A stretch of DNA of 64,000 nt from Malacoraja senta (lineage: Eukaryota): NCBI GenBank assembly GCA_038087875.1, contig CM075994.1, forward strand, positions 868,001 through 932,000, written 5' to 3'. Shown here in pieces: positions 48,801 through 59,347 of the stretch. The notes below the pieces were generated by a model. It had not been told where the DNA came from and did not search any database. It saw only the letters and a list, made by a program, of their open reading frames with translations. The position numbers were made by a program, and so were the translations under genes. Within the stretch, counting starts at the first letter, position 1. Each line of letters opens with the position of its first letter.

Positions 48801-51337
48801 GAGGAGAGAGGGGTGAGGGAGATGGGAGGAGAGGGGTGAGGAGAGAGGGGAGCGGGGTAGGGGAGGGGAGGGGGAGAGAGGGGGATGAGGATGGAGAGGG
48901 GAGGAGAGTGGGGACAGTGAAGGGGGAGACAGGGGAAGGGGGATGGTAGAGGCGGGAGGGGGAGAGAGACAGGGGTGAGGGGTGTTGAGAGGGGAAGGGG
49001 GAGGGGAGGAGAGAGGAGAGGGGGAGGGGTGGGGGAGGAGAGGAATGATAGAGGGGGAGGGGATAGAGGGGGAGGGGGGAGAGGGGGTGGGAACAGGGGG
49101 AGGGGAGAGGAGAGGGGAGGGGAGGGGAGAGTGGGAGGGGAGAGGGGAGAGGAGAGGGGGGAGAGTTGGAGGGGGAGGAGAAAAGGAGGGGGAGAGGTGG
49201 AGGGGGAGAGAGAGGAGAGGGAGAGGGGAGAGGGAGAGTGAAGAGCGGGAGAGAGAGAGGGAGAAGGGGGAGAGAGAAGGGGAGAGGGAGAAGGGGGAGA
49301 GAGAGGGGGCAGCGAGAGAAGGGGGAGAGAGAGAAGGGTGAGTGGGGGAAGGCTGGGGTGGAAGGGAGGGGAGAGAGAGAGAGGGGACAGAGAGAGTAGA
49401 GGGGGGAGAGGAGAGGGGGAGGGGAGAGGGGGAGAGTTGGAGGGGAGAGAAGAGGAGGAGAGAGTTGGAGGGGGAGAGCAAAGGAGGGGGGGAGGTGGAG
49501 GGGGAGAGGTGGAGGGGGAGAGGTGGAGGGGAGAGTTGGAGGGGGAAAGGAGGGGAGGGGGAGGAGAGAGGAGGGTGGAGAGGGGGAGGAGAATAACAGG
49601 TAGTGGGTGGAGGAGGAGTGGAGGGGGGTAGAGGGGAGGGGGGGAGAGAGGAGGGAGTATAGAGGGTGATAGAGGTGGGGGAGAGGGGGGTGGAGAGGTG
49701 GGAGAGAGATGGTGGGAGAGAGAAGTGGGGAGAAGGATGGAAGGGGGGAGGGAGAGTGAAAGTAGAGGGGAGAGAGAGAGAGGGGTGAGAGAATAGAGGG
49801 GTGAGGGGGAGGGAGGGGGAAGAGGAGTAGGGGAGGTGGAGGGGAGAGACGAGGAGGGTGAGAAGAGGAGGTGGAGGGGGGAGAGGCGGTGGGCGGAGAA
49901 GAGGAGGGGGAGAGGTGGAGGTGGGAGAAGAGGGGATGAAGGAGAGGGGAGGGTGGAGAGAGGGGGGATGGGTAGTGGTCGGGGGTGGAGAGGGAGGGGG
50001 TAGATAGGGAGGGGGGTAGGACATCTTGCTCTATTTGATTTTATTTGATTGCACGCCAGGTTGTTCCCTCATTGCATTCGTGGACCACGTGAAGGTTCCA
50101 ATCTCCCACACCTGTCCCATTGTGCTATCATATGTAAATAAAGATCCATTGTGATTAGACATCTGTGAGATGGCACTGTGACTCGTGCAGCAGCTTGATT
50201 TTATTTTTTTTGATGTTTATATGATAATTAATTTGATAATAATTAATGATAATATGATAATTAATTTGATGATAATTTATAACCAAATATTCTAATTTTC
50301 AAAACAAAATGTGGAGGAGGAAAAAATCTACAGCAATATGTAAAAATTTCTCCGTTACGGCAAAGGGTGGAAGAGTAAATCCACAAACGCCTTAAACACA
50401 TTTTCGCGAAATAGAACCCGTTACAAACCAACAAACCAACAAGAGTTTTAATAGTTACTAGACCAAGGGGGACCCGTTGGGTCCCGTCCCCTCAACGCGT
50501 GGTTGCGGGGGGGGGGGGGGCTGTGGCGTCACACACACACTAACCACCCCCAACACACACAGTGAGGGGGGTGAGAGAGGGGGAGGGTTGTGAGAGAGGT
50601 GGGGAGGGTTGTGAGAGAGGTGGGGGTGAGAGGGGGGAGGTGGAAAGAGGGGGGGCTGGAGGAGGGGAGAGAGAGGAGGGGGAGAGAGTGGGGGGAGGGG
50701 GAGAGAGGGGGAAGGGGGAGAGAGACGGGTGTGGGGGGTAAGGGAGGGGAGGGGGTGAGAGGAGGAAGGAGAAAGTGGGGAGCGGGTGAGAGAGAGGGAG
50801 GGGGTGAGAGTGGGGAAGGGGATGAGAGAGGGGAAGGGGGGGCTGGGAGAGGGGGAGAAAGAGGAGGGGGTGAGGGGGAGAGAGGTGGGTAGTGTGTGCT
50901 TAGGGAGGAGGAGGGAGGGGGAGGGAGGTGGAGGAGGGAAAGAGGGTGAGAGGGAGGAGGGGAAAGGGAGGAAGAGGGGAGGAAGAGGGTGAGATAGGGG
51001 GAGGGCTGGAGGAGAGATAGGGGAGAGGGGAGGATAGAGAGGAGGGGGAGAGAGGCGGGAAGGGGGATGTGAGAGAGAGGAGGGGAGAGAGGAGGGGGAG
51101 ATGGAGGAAGGGGAGAGGGAGGAGGGGAAGAGGGAGGAGGAGAAGAGGGAGGAGGGGGAGAGAGAGGAGGGGGGTGAGGGCGGAAGGGGGAAGAGAGAGG
51201 AGGAGGGGGGCTGAGAGGGGGAGGGGGAGAGAGAGGACGGGGAGAGAAAGGAGGGGGAGAGAGGGGGGTAGAGGAGTGGTGAGAGAGGAGGTGGGGAGAG
51301 AGGAGGTGCGGAGAGAGGAGGTGGGGAGAGAGGTGAC
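45837..51337 (-). mobile_element. Cluster of non-autonomous Helitron-type elements with low-complexity interiors
   Basis: Three minus-strand 3' ends of the form hairpin GGGACCC-aac-GGGTCCC, 7 nt, CTAG|T at 45837, 46960 (degenerate) and 50458; related AT-rich ...TAAAACTCT starts. Confidence 0.7.
47945..50020. repeat. Polypurine G/A-rich low-complexity tract (related tracts at 45960-46460, 47040-47610, 50560-51337, 52670-52975, 53170-53895)
   Basis: Direct observation; source of the spurious Pro-rich and Gly-rich ORFs. Confidence 0.95.
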
Positions 51338-51537
51338 NNNNNNNNNNNNNNNNNNNNNNNNNNNNNNNNNNNNNNNNNNNNNNNNNNNNNNNNNNNNNNN
51401 NNNNNNNNNNNNNNNNNNNNNNNNNNNNNNNNNNNNNNNNNNNNNNNNNNNNNNNNNNNNNNNNNNNNNNNNNNNNNNNNNNNNNNNNNNNNNNNNNNNN
51501 NNNNNNNNNNNNNNNNNNNNNNNNNNNNNNNNNNNNN
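51338..51537. other. Assembly gap (N run)
   Basis: 200 N. Confidence 1.
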
Positions 51538-52197
51538 GGACCCGGATCCAAAATTAATAATACTCGGAACATTAGAATTAAATCAAACATTTACAACAAC
51601 ACAAAGAAACTTTATTGATAACAGGAAAAAAATTAATTCTAAAATTTTGGAAAGGCCTTACGGCCCCCACAATCAAAATGTGGATTATAGAAATGACGGA
51701 GACCTTAAACGTGGAAAGAATCAGATTTTCCCTGTTGGACAAACAGGAATTATTCGTTGGAACATGGTCTCCCTTTATTGATTATTTAAAGGGTCAGAAT
51801 GGTTCAGCACAGGAACCTGACTAATGCTCGGGCTAAAGAATGGATGAAATGCTATACTCTGAAATGTACGAATATATCTCGAATGAAGTTTTTTATTTTA
51901 ATAAATTTTTCCATTCTTCTTGAACCATCTTTTTTTTTTTCTTTTTTTTTCTGTTTTTTGTTTTTTTGTTTTCTCTTTTCTCTTTTTCTTCTCACTCTTT
52001 TCTTTCTTTACTTCATCTATCTTTTTAGTTCTATTTAGTTTAAAAAATAAATTTAAAAAAGCAAAAGGTATTGGAGACAATGTAATAATAATTGATAATA
52101 TTATCAATTTAAAAATGTAAGACTGTAATGATGTTAATAGGTTGTGTACTTTTCTCCAATAAAAAATATTTTCAAAAAAAAAAAAAAAAAAAAAAAA
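51538..52197 (+). mobile_element. L1/Tx1 3' end with poly(A) tail
   Basis: ORF2 C-terminus KKLILKFWK...W...ERIRF...TWSPFIDYLK; T-rich 3' UTR; AATAAA and a pure A tract ending at 52197. Confidence 0.85.
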
Positions 52198-54103
52198 GCC
52201 AGCTGCAGACGCAGCTCAGCGCAACGTTGCAGCAGGTCAGAGACGGGGGGGAGAGAGGGGGGGAGAGAGAGAGAGATAGAGAGAGGGGAGCACAGAGAGA
52301 GAGAGAATCCAGCTACAGCCACTCTGCGCCAGGGAACCCTGCCTCTAGCGTGTCCAAACCCTTAATAATCTTATATGTTTCAATGAGATCACCTCTCATC
52401 CTTCTAAACTCCAGAGTGTACAAGCCCAGCTGCTCCATTCTCTCAGCATATGACAGTCCCGCCATCCTGGGAATTAACCTTGTAAACCTACGCTGCACTC
52501 CCTCAATAGCAAGAATATCCTTCCACAAATTAGGGGACCAAAACTCCACACAATAGTGTGGTCTCACTAGGGCCCTGTACAACTGCAGAAGGACCTCTTT
52601 GTTCCTATACTCAACTCCTCTTGTTATGAAGGCCAACATGCCATTCGCTTTCTTCACTGCTCTGGAGCGTGGGGTGGAGTGTGTGAGCGAGGGGGGGGCG
52701 GGTGTGGAGAGGAGTGTATGGGCGGGGGGGTGTGTGGGGGGGAGGAGTGTATGGGCGGGGGGGTGTGGGGGGAGGAGTGTATGGGTGGGGGGAGGAGTGT
52801 ATGGGCGGTGGGTGTGTAGGCGGGGTGTGTGTGGGGCAGGGGGAGTGTGTGGGTGGGGGGAGTGTGTGTGGGGGGCGGGTGTGGGCGGGGGGGGGTGAGG
52901 GGGGAGGAGTGTATGGGCGGTGGGGGTGTGTAGGCGGGGTGTGTGTGTGGGGCAGGGGGGGTGTGTGTGTGGGGGCGGTGATTTCTCCCCGGGGGCTGAC
53001 CCACCGTGTCTACCCCGTGTGGACAGGGTGTGGAGCGGATCCGGGCGGTGGCTGAGCGGGTGACGGCGCTGCAGCGGGACTGCGGGGTGCGGGACACAGG
53101 CGAGGATTACGTGGAGCAGCTGCGGTTCGGCCTGGTGCATGTGGTGTATGAGTGGGCCCGCGGCATGGTGAGTGGCGGGGGGGCGGGGGAAGAGAGGGGT
53201 GAGGTGGGGGGGAGAAGGTGGGGAGAGAGAGAGAGGTGAGGGGAGGGGGCAGACACGGGGGGGGGGAGAGAGGGGGGAGGTGAGGGGTGGAGAGAGAGAG
53301 AGGGGGGAAGTGAGTGGGCAGAGAGAGGGTGGGAGAGAGGGGAGGAGAGAGGGGGGAGCAGGGCCGACGGTGGGGGGAGAGGGGTGGGGTAGTTTCTGCT
53401 ACACGCCCAGAGGGATCGGGAAATGTGTGGAGATAGACCCGGCTTTCCACACAGTGAGGGGCTGGATGGTCCGTGCGGTAGAATGGGGGGACTCTCACAC
53501 CTCTTCTCTTCCCCCTCTCTTCTCTCTCTCTTCTTTTTCCCCTCTCTCCTCTTTGCACTCTCTGCACTCTCTCTTCCTCTTCCACTCCCTCTCCCTTCCG
53601 CTCTTCTCCCCCTCCTCCTCTTCTCCCCCTCCCCTCTCTCTCTCCCCCCTCTCTCTCCCCCCCTCTCTCTCCCCTCCCCACTCTGCCCCCTCTCTCTCCC
53701 CCCTCTCTCTCACCCTCTCTCCCCCCTCTCTCTCCCCCCCTCTCTCCACCTCTTTCACTTCTCTCTCCCCCTCTCCCCCTCACCCCCCTTTCCCATTCCC
53801 TCTCTCCCCCTCACCTCTCCACTCCCCTCATCTCTCTCCCTCCCCCCTCTCCCCTTCCCCTCTCCCTCTCCCCTTCCCCTGCCCCCTCTCTCCCCGCGGC
53901 AGCCGTTTGCCCAGATCACCCGGCTGACGGACGTGCAGGAGGGGATCATCGTGCGCTGTATCCAGCGGCTGAACGAGACGTGCCGGGACGTGCGCAGCGC
54001 CGCCCGCATCATCGGCGACCCCACGCTGCACGCCAAGATGGAGCAGGCATCGCAGCTGATCAAGCGAGACATCGTCTTCGCCGCCAGCCTGTACACTCAG
54101 TGA
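52198..54103 (+). CDS. SKIV2L: SKI2-like RNA helicase, 3' end: partial exon 52198-52235, exon 53027-53167, terminal exon 53903-54103
   Basis: Spliced phase 0: [12 protein letters not shown] | [12 protein letters not shown]...[16 protein letters not shown] | [66 protein letters not shown]. This is the DSHCT domain with the SKIV2L-type FAASLYTQ terminus; splice sites are canonical. Confidence 0.93.
52335..52660 (-). mobile_element. CR1 fragment in SKIV2L intron
   Basis: [12 protein letters not shown]...[10 protein letters not shown]. Confidence 0.9.
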
Positions 54104-54108
54104 ATAAA
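54103..54108 (+). promoter_or_regulatory. Candidate polyadenylation signal overlapping the SKIV2L stop
   Basis: TGAATAAA. Confidence 0.6.
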
Positions 54109-54887
54109 CAAGCTCGTCCACTCAGTCACCGCGTCCTCCCCTCTCTACACACCGCGGAAATAATCCACCAGCAGGCACGTGCCATCAGGGTAGGCAAGGA
54201 AGGCACTGCCTACCCTGACTAAAATTATAAAAGGGTAATTACTAAATATAAATAGTAAAGGCACGGGAGAATTATGCCAACCTAAGATCGATCACTTAGG
54301 TAGGCATAATTCTCCGTGCCTTTCATGCGCAGTACATGTAATACGGGAAAGTGTGTGCCGCTCGCGTGCCGTCCATGCTGCTTCAAGCCGTTAATGACAG
54401 GGAGAGCTGAAGGCAGCTGAAATTCTGCCTTTGCAGTGTGGACTGCAGTACTGCGCATGCGCAGCATGCTCCACAACCGGAGCGTCGCGGCAGCGGTGAG
54501 TGAGTGGGTTACTGGCATGATCCCTGACCCCCTCTTTCTCAACACTCCTGCTCTCCCCGCAACTTTATCCCGGGCCAGACTCCCCACACGCTGTGAAAGG
54601 AACTCTCCCCCCAATTGGTCCCTTGAACTAGAATTGTCATTCAATAAGATCACAACTGATTCAACTTGCCCCAGTGTGCTCCCGTTTTTCCCACCATCTC
54701 TCCACCTGCCATCACCCTCGACCCCCTACCCATTCAGTAATTCAGAATGAAGGGGATTTGGAAGCCTTGGTCAAATTGAATTGTTACTTTCTTTATTTTT
54801 ATTTTTACAGAGAGGAGAACAATCTGCGCATGCGCGGTATAAGATTTATTAAAAGCCGACCCTGAGTAATTACTCATGGCATGTGCC

Positions 54888-55066
54888 TGCTGTACAGGTA
54901 AATAAACATCCTGTACAGGTAAATAAACCTGTACAGGTAAATAAACCACCTGTACAGGTGAATAAACCACCTGTACACTCAGTAAATAATCCACCTGTAC
55001 AGGTAAATATACCACCTGTACACTCAGTAAATAATTCACCTGTACAGGTAAATATACCACCTGTTC
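54888..55066. repeat. Minisatellite of about 18-21-bp CCTGTACAGGTAAATAAA units
   Basis: Direct observation; palindromic core CCTGTACAGG. Confidence 0.9.
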
Positions 55067-55267
55067 ACGACCTTTCACAGAATGCTGGAGTAACTCAGCG
55101 GGTCAGGCAGCATCTGTGGAGAACATGGATAGGTGACGTTTCACAGAGTGCTGGAGCAACTCAGGGGGTCAGGGCAGCATCTCTGGAGAACATGGATAGG
55201 TGACGTTTCACAGAGTGCTGGAATAACTCAGCTGGTCAGGCTGCATCTCTGGAGAGATGGAATGGGA

Positions 55268-55295
55268 GACGTTTCGGGTCGAGACCCTTCTTCAG
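55268..55295 (-). ncRNA. Minimal type I hammerhead ribozyme motif in a Penelope-like repeat
   Basis: CTGAAGA-agggt ctcg accc-GAAAC-GTC: intact CUGANGA and GAAA cores, stem II GGGT/ACCC, palindromic ACGT stem III and GUC cleavage triplet. Confidence 0.8.
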
Positions 55296-55867
55296 ACCGG
55301 TTAGAGAGAAGGGAAACGAGAGATATAGATGGTGATGTGGAGAGATAAAGGACAAAGGACATTTATTGCCACATACACCAATTGGTGCAGTGAAATTTGA
55401 GTTGCCATTGCAGCACACAAATAAAATAAACACAACATTATAAAATTTAACATCAAACATAAAAACATACCCCCACAGCGGGATCAACATTTCCCACTGA
55501 GAGGGAAGGCAGCAATATGTTAAAACGTGTTTTGTTTGGAGGTCTATTCTTTTTATGTGTGTGTGGGGGGGGGGTTGTATTTCTTAGTCCCTACCTGGTC
55601 GGAGAGGCAGCTTTCCTCCGAACAGCAACTTCGACCCGTCCTCGCGGCCTACCATCGGGTTTGGAGCAGCGTTTCGTGAGGGGACCGGCCAGAACCACGG
55701 TTTCGGTGGCGGCACAGCGCCTGAGCGCTATGGCTGAGCGGAGCGGGCGATGCCTTGCCCGGGTTGCCACGCTGGAGCACCGGAATGCTTATTAATGAAT
55801 GTGCTGCAATGGCAACTCGAATTTCACTACACCTGGTGTATGTGACAATAAATGAACCTGTGAACCG

Positions 55868-56000
55868 TTTGATGGCCGTTTTGGGCACATCATCGTGGTG
55901 CACGGGAATCTGGTGGTAACCGTGCACCAGATCCACCTTGGAAAAAACGGTAGCACCATCCAGGTGGGCCTGAATGTGCGGGACTATGTAGTGATCAACG
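55868..56000 (-). mobile_element. Gypsy/Ty3 LTR retrotransposon RT fragment
   Basis: VFSKVDLVHGYHQIPVHHDDVPKTAI. Confidence 0.8.
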
Positions 56001-56059
56001 GTCGTGACAGCGATCAGGCAGCGGGAATCCCCACACGGTCTTCACCCACCCAGATGATT

Positions 56060-56435
56060 AATGGCTCGATGTTTCCATGGTTCGATAGGGCGACGGCGCG
56101 ATGATTCAATGGATCAATGGGTTAATGGTGCACTGGTCAGTTGTTCAATGGTTCAATATATAATCATCCAATGTTTCAAAGGTTCAATGTTCCAATGTTT
56201 CTATGGTTCAACAGCTTCATGGTTCAATGATCTATTGGTCAATATTCCAATGGTTCTATATTCCTGTCGTTCCACTGTACAATTGGCAATAGTTCAATGG
56301 TTAAATATTCCAATGGTCCAATGGAAAAATGTTCCAATGGCCCAATGGCCCAATGGTTCAATAGTCCAATCGTTCAATGGTCCAATGGTCCAATGGTTCA
56401 ATAGCCCAAAGATTCAATAGATCAATGGATCAATG
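56060..56435. repeat. Degenerate CAATGGTT(C) 8-10-bp minisatellite
   Basis: Direct observation. Confidence 0.85.
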
Positions 56436-56544
56436 ACATGCTAATGTCATGTGTACATAAGTGCAGTGAAATTATCTTTTAAGTCATAGAATCATAATGT
56501 GATACATGCCTTTTGTTCTCTCACTTGCGCACTCTATATCCTCT

Positions 56545-56903
56545 GATTGTTAAGGGTTTGGACACGCTAGAGGTAGGAAACATGTTCCGATGTTGGGGGA
56601 GTCCAGAACCAGGGGCCACAGTTTAAGAATAAGGAATAACCCATTTAGAACAGAGACGAGGAATCACTTTTTCTCACAGAGAGTAGTGAGTCTGTGGAAT
56701 TCTCTGCCTCAGAGGGCGGTGGAGGCGGGTTATCTGGATGCTTTCAAGAGAGAGCAAGATAGGGCTCTTAAAAATAGCGGAGTTAGGGGATATGGGGAGA
56801 AGGCAGGAACGGGGTACTGAATGGGGATGATCAGCCATGATCACATGAATGGCGGTGCTGGCTCGAAGGGCTGAATGGCCTACTCCTGCACCTATTGTCT
56901 ATT
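56545..56903 (+). mobile_element. CR1 LINE 3' end
   Basis: ESRTRGHSL...FFSQRVVSLWNSLP; ctattgtctattgtc tail. Confidence 0.9.
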
Positions 56904-57869
56904 GTCTCTCCCTCCCTCTCTCCATCTCTCTATCATATTCATAGAGAGTCATAGAATCATACAGCACGGAAGCAGGGCATTCGACCCATGTTGTTCATGC
57001 CGACCAAGAAGCCCCATCTATATTAGTTCCACATGCCCACATTTGGCCCATATACCTCTAAACATTTCACACACAGGGACCTGTCCTTTAAAGCGTGTTG
57101 TAGTCCCTGCCTCAACTCCCTGCTCTGGCAGCTTGTTCCACACACCCATCCTGTGTGGAAAAATTACGTCTTGGGTTCCTTGAATATTTCCTCCTCTCAT
57201 CTTAAACCACTGCCCTCCGGTTCTTGATTCCCCCACTCTGGGCAAAGGACTCGATGCATTCTCCTCTACGCATTATATTCCTCTCATTTGCATTAGGTCC
57301 AGTTCATTGACAATGCTGTTATACATTGGGCACATTGGGCACAATCATAATAAGTACAAGAGTGTAAGACTATAGAACACACTGAGTCATGTGGATATCC
57401 CAAAAGCTATTGAAGATGTACAATTCATCAATACATTAAAACCAGGTGCCAGATAGTACCTGTTGTCAACCTATTCATTTTCGCTACCTTTGAACTCCGC
57501 TCCTTGAGGGTTTCAGAAGACGATAGGCAGACCATTTGACATGCTCGCTGTTATTACCATTATACATCCAATACATACAGACTTGCCATTAATACATTTG
57601 GCGTCACTAACTTTTAGTTTTCGCTTCGTTTAGTTTAGTTTAGAGATGCAGCGCGGAACAGGCCCTTCGGCCCACCGAGTCCGTGCCGACCAACGATCCC
57701 CGCACGTTAACACGATCCCGCACACACTAGGGACAATTTACATTTCTACCAAGCCAATTAACCTACCTACCTGTACGTCTTTGGAGTGTGGGTGGAAACC
57801 GAACATCTCTGCCGCAGGTCAAGGGAGAACTTACAGAGAGCACCCATAGTCGGAATCTAACCTCGGCCC

Positions 57870-58085
57870 TGTAGATGAGGTTGGAGGAGATGCCAGTCAA
57901 CCTCTGCCTCATCTGCATTTGCACCTCCTCGCCCCGACAGTCTTTTCATGTGAGGCAGATGTTCACTTGCATCTCCTACAACCTCATCTACTGTATCCGC
58001 TGTCCCAGGTGTGAACCTCCGCACATCGGCGAGACCAAACGCAGGCTCGGCGATCGTTTTGTTGAACACCTCCGCTCAGTCCGTC
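57870..58085 (+). mobile_element. Penelope-like GIY-YIG endonuclease fragment
   Basis: FTCISYNLIYCIRCPRC...IGETKRRLGDRFVEHLRSV. Confidence 0.85.
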
Positions 58086-58104
58086 TTAAGTTTAAGCAAT
58101 TTAG

Positions 58105-58882
58105 TATCCTTTATTGTCATTTAGACATTTCAGTCTGAGCGAAATTGTATACCTTGCAGACATAACATAGAATAAAGTAACAAAACACACAGTTAACACA
58201 GTTTAACATCCACCACAGTGAGTCTACCAGGCACCTCCTCATTGTGATGGAAGGGAAAAGTCTTAAAGTCCTTGTCTCTTCCCTCCTCGTCTCCTCTACG
58301 TTGAGGCGATCCAGGCTTCCGGTGTTGGGCCCCCCAGCGGCTGCATCCGAGCTCCGCGAACGGGCTGGTTCAAACTCCGTGGCCCGGGGCGGTCGAAGCT
58401 GCCGAAGCTGCCACCCACCAGTCCAGCGGACGAACCTGATGTTGCGGGAGCTCCGGAGAATCGGTCACCAACCTGCGACCTGCGAGCTCCCGACGTTGTC
58501 GTCCACTGGGCCCGCGGCCGAGCCTCCGAGGCTCCGAAGTCGGGTCGCCGCCACCACAGCCCCGAAATCGGCCAGCCTCGCGATGGTAAGTCCTGGCTCT
58601 GCCTCCGGAGCCTCGAGGTCGGTCCCTGTTGGGAGGCCGCCAGCTCCGCGATTAGGCCTCAGCGCAGACGGAGACGGGGATACGACAAGAAAAGGTCGCA
58701 CCCCCCTCCCCCCCCCCCCCCGATGGAGGAGACTAAAGACAATTTCTCCCATTCCCCCCACACATACACAACTAAAATAAACGAAATAAACTAAACAACA
58801 GGACAAAAGAAACAAAAAAAAAGAAAAGACAAACGGACTGCAGGTGAGCCGCAGCTGCTTGGGCAGCGCCGCCACTTCCGGA
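58105..58882 (-). mobile_element. GC-rich non-autonomous retroelement with Rex/Babar-type tail
   Basis: 5' CCGGAAGTGGCGGC; shared core ccttccatcaca...ctgtggtggatgtt; tail aatttcg...aatgacaataaa. Confidence 0.7.
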
Positions 58883-59059
58883 CATCGAAATCTGATAGAG
58901 AATAGACCAAGGGTCACCAAAAGGGTAGATAGTATTTCAGGACTGCTCTGTGGTTATGGTAGGGTGTATCAATTGCCTGATAACAGCTGGAAGAAACTGT
59001 GCCTGAATGTGATGATGTGCCTTTTCAGATCAAGTTTCAGATCAAGTTTCCGAGCTTTA

Positions 59060-59347
59060 TCACTCAACTAACCTAAAAATAAACGAATCAAAACTAAACT
59101 AAACTCGACTAGAATAGACTAAACTAAACTAAATTAAACTAAACTAAACTAACTTGGCTAAATTAAATTAGACGAAACATAATGAAATGGAACAAAACAA
59201 AACTAAACTAGATTAATGATAACATAACTAATTAAAGCAAACTAATACACTAAAGTAAACTAACTAAAGCAAACTAACTAAATTAAATTAACTAAAGCAC
59301 ACTAACTAAACTAGTGATTACACTAACTAAACTAAACTAGTAAACTA
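59060..59347. repeat. Degenerate (AAACT)n tract
   Basis: Direct observation; same unit as the SINE tails. Confidence 0.9.

Noticed and set aside
47925..50024. 699-aa Pro/Ser/Leu-rich ORF and similar ORFs at 45856, 46949, 50529 and 53010
   Set aside because: Translations of low-complexity purine/pyrimidine tracts that lack stops by composition; no domain or splice support
54888..56435. Regularly spaced short repeats resembling a CRISPR array
   Set aside because: No unique spacers, degenerate tandem units, vertebrate context, no cas genes
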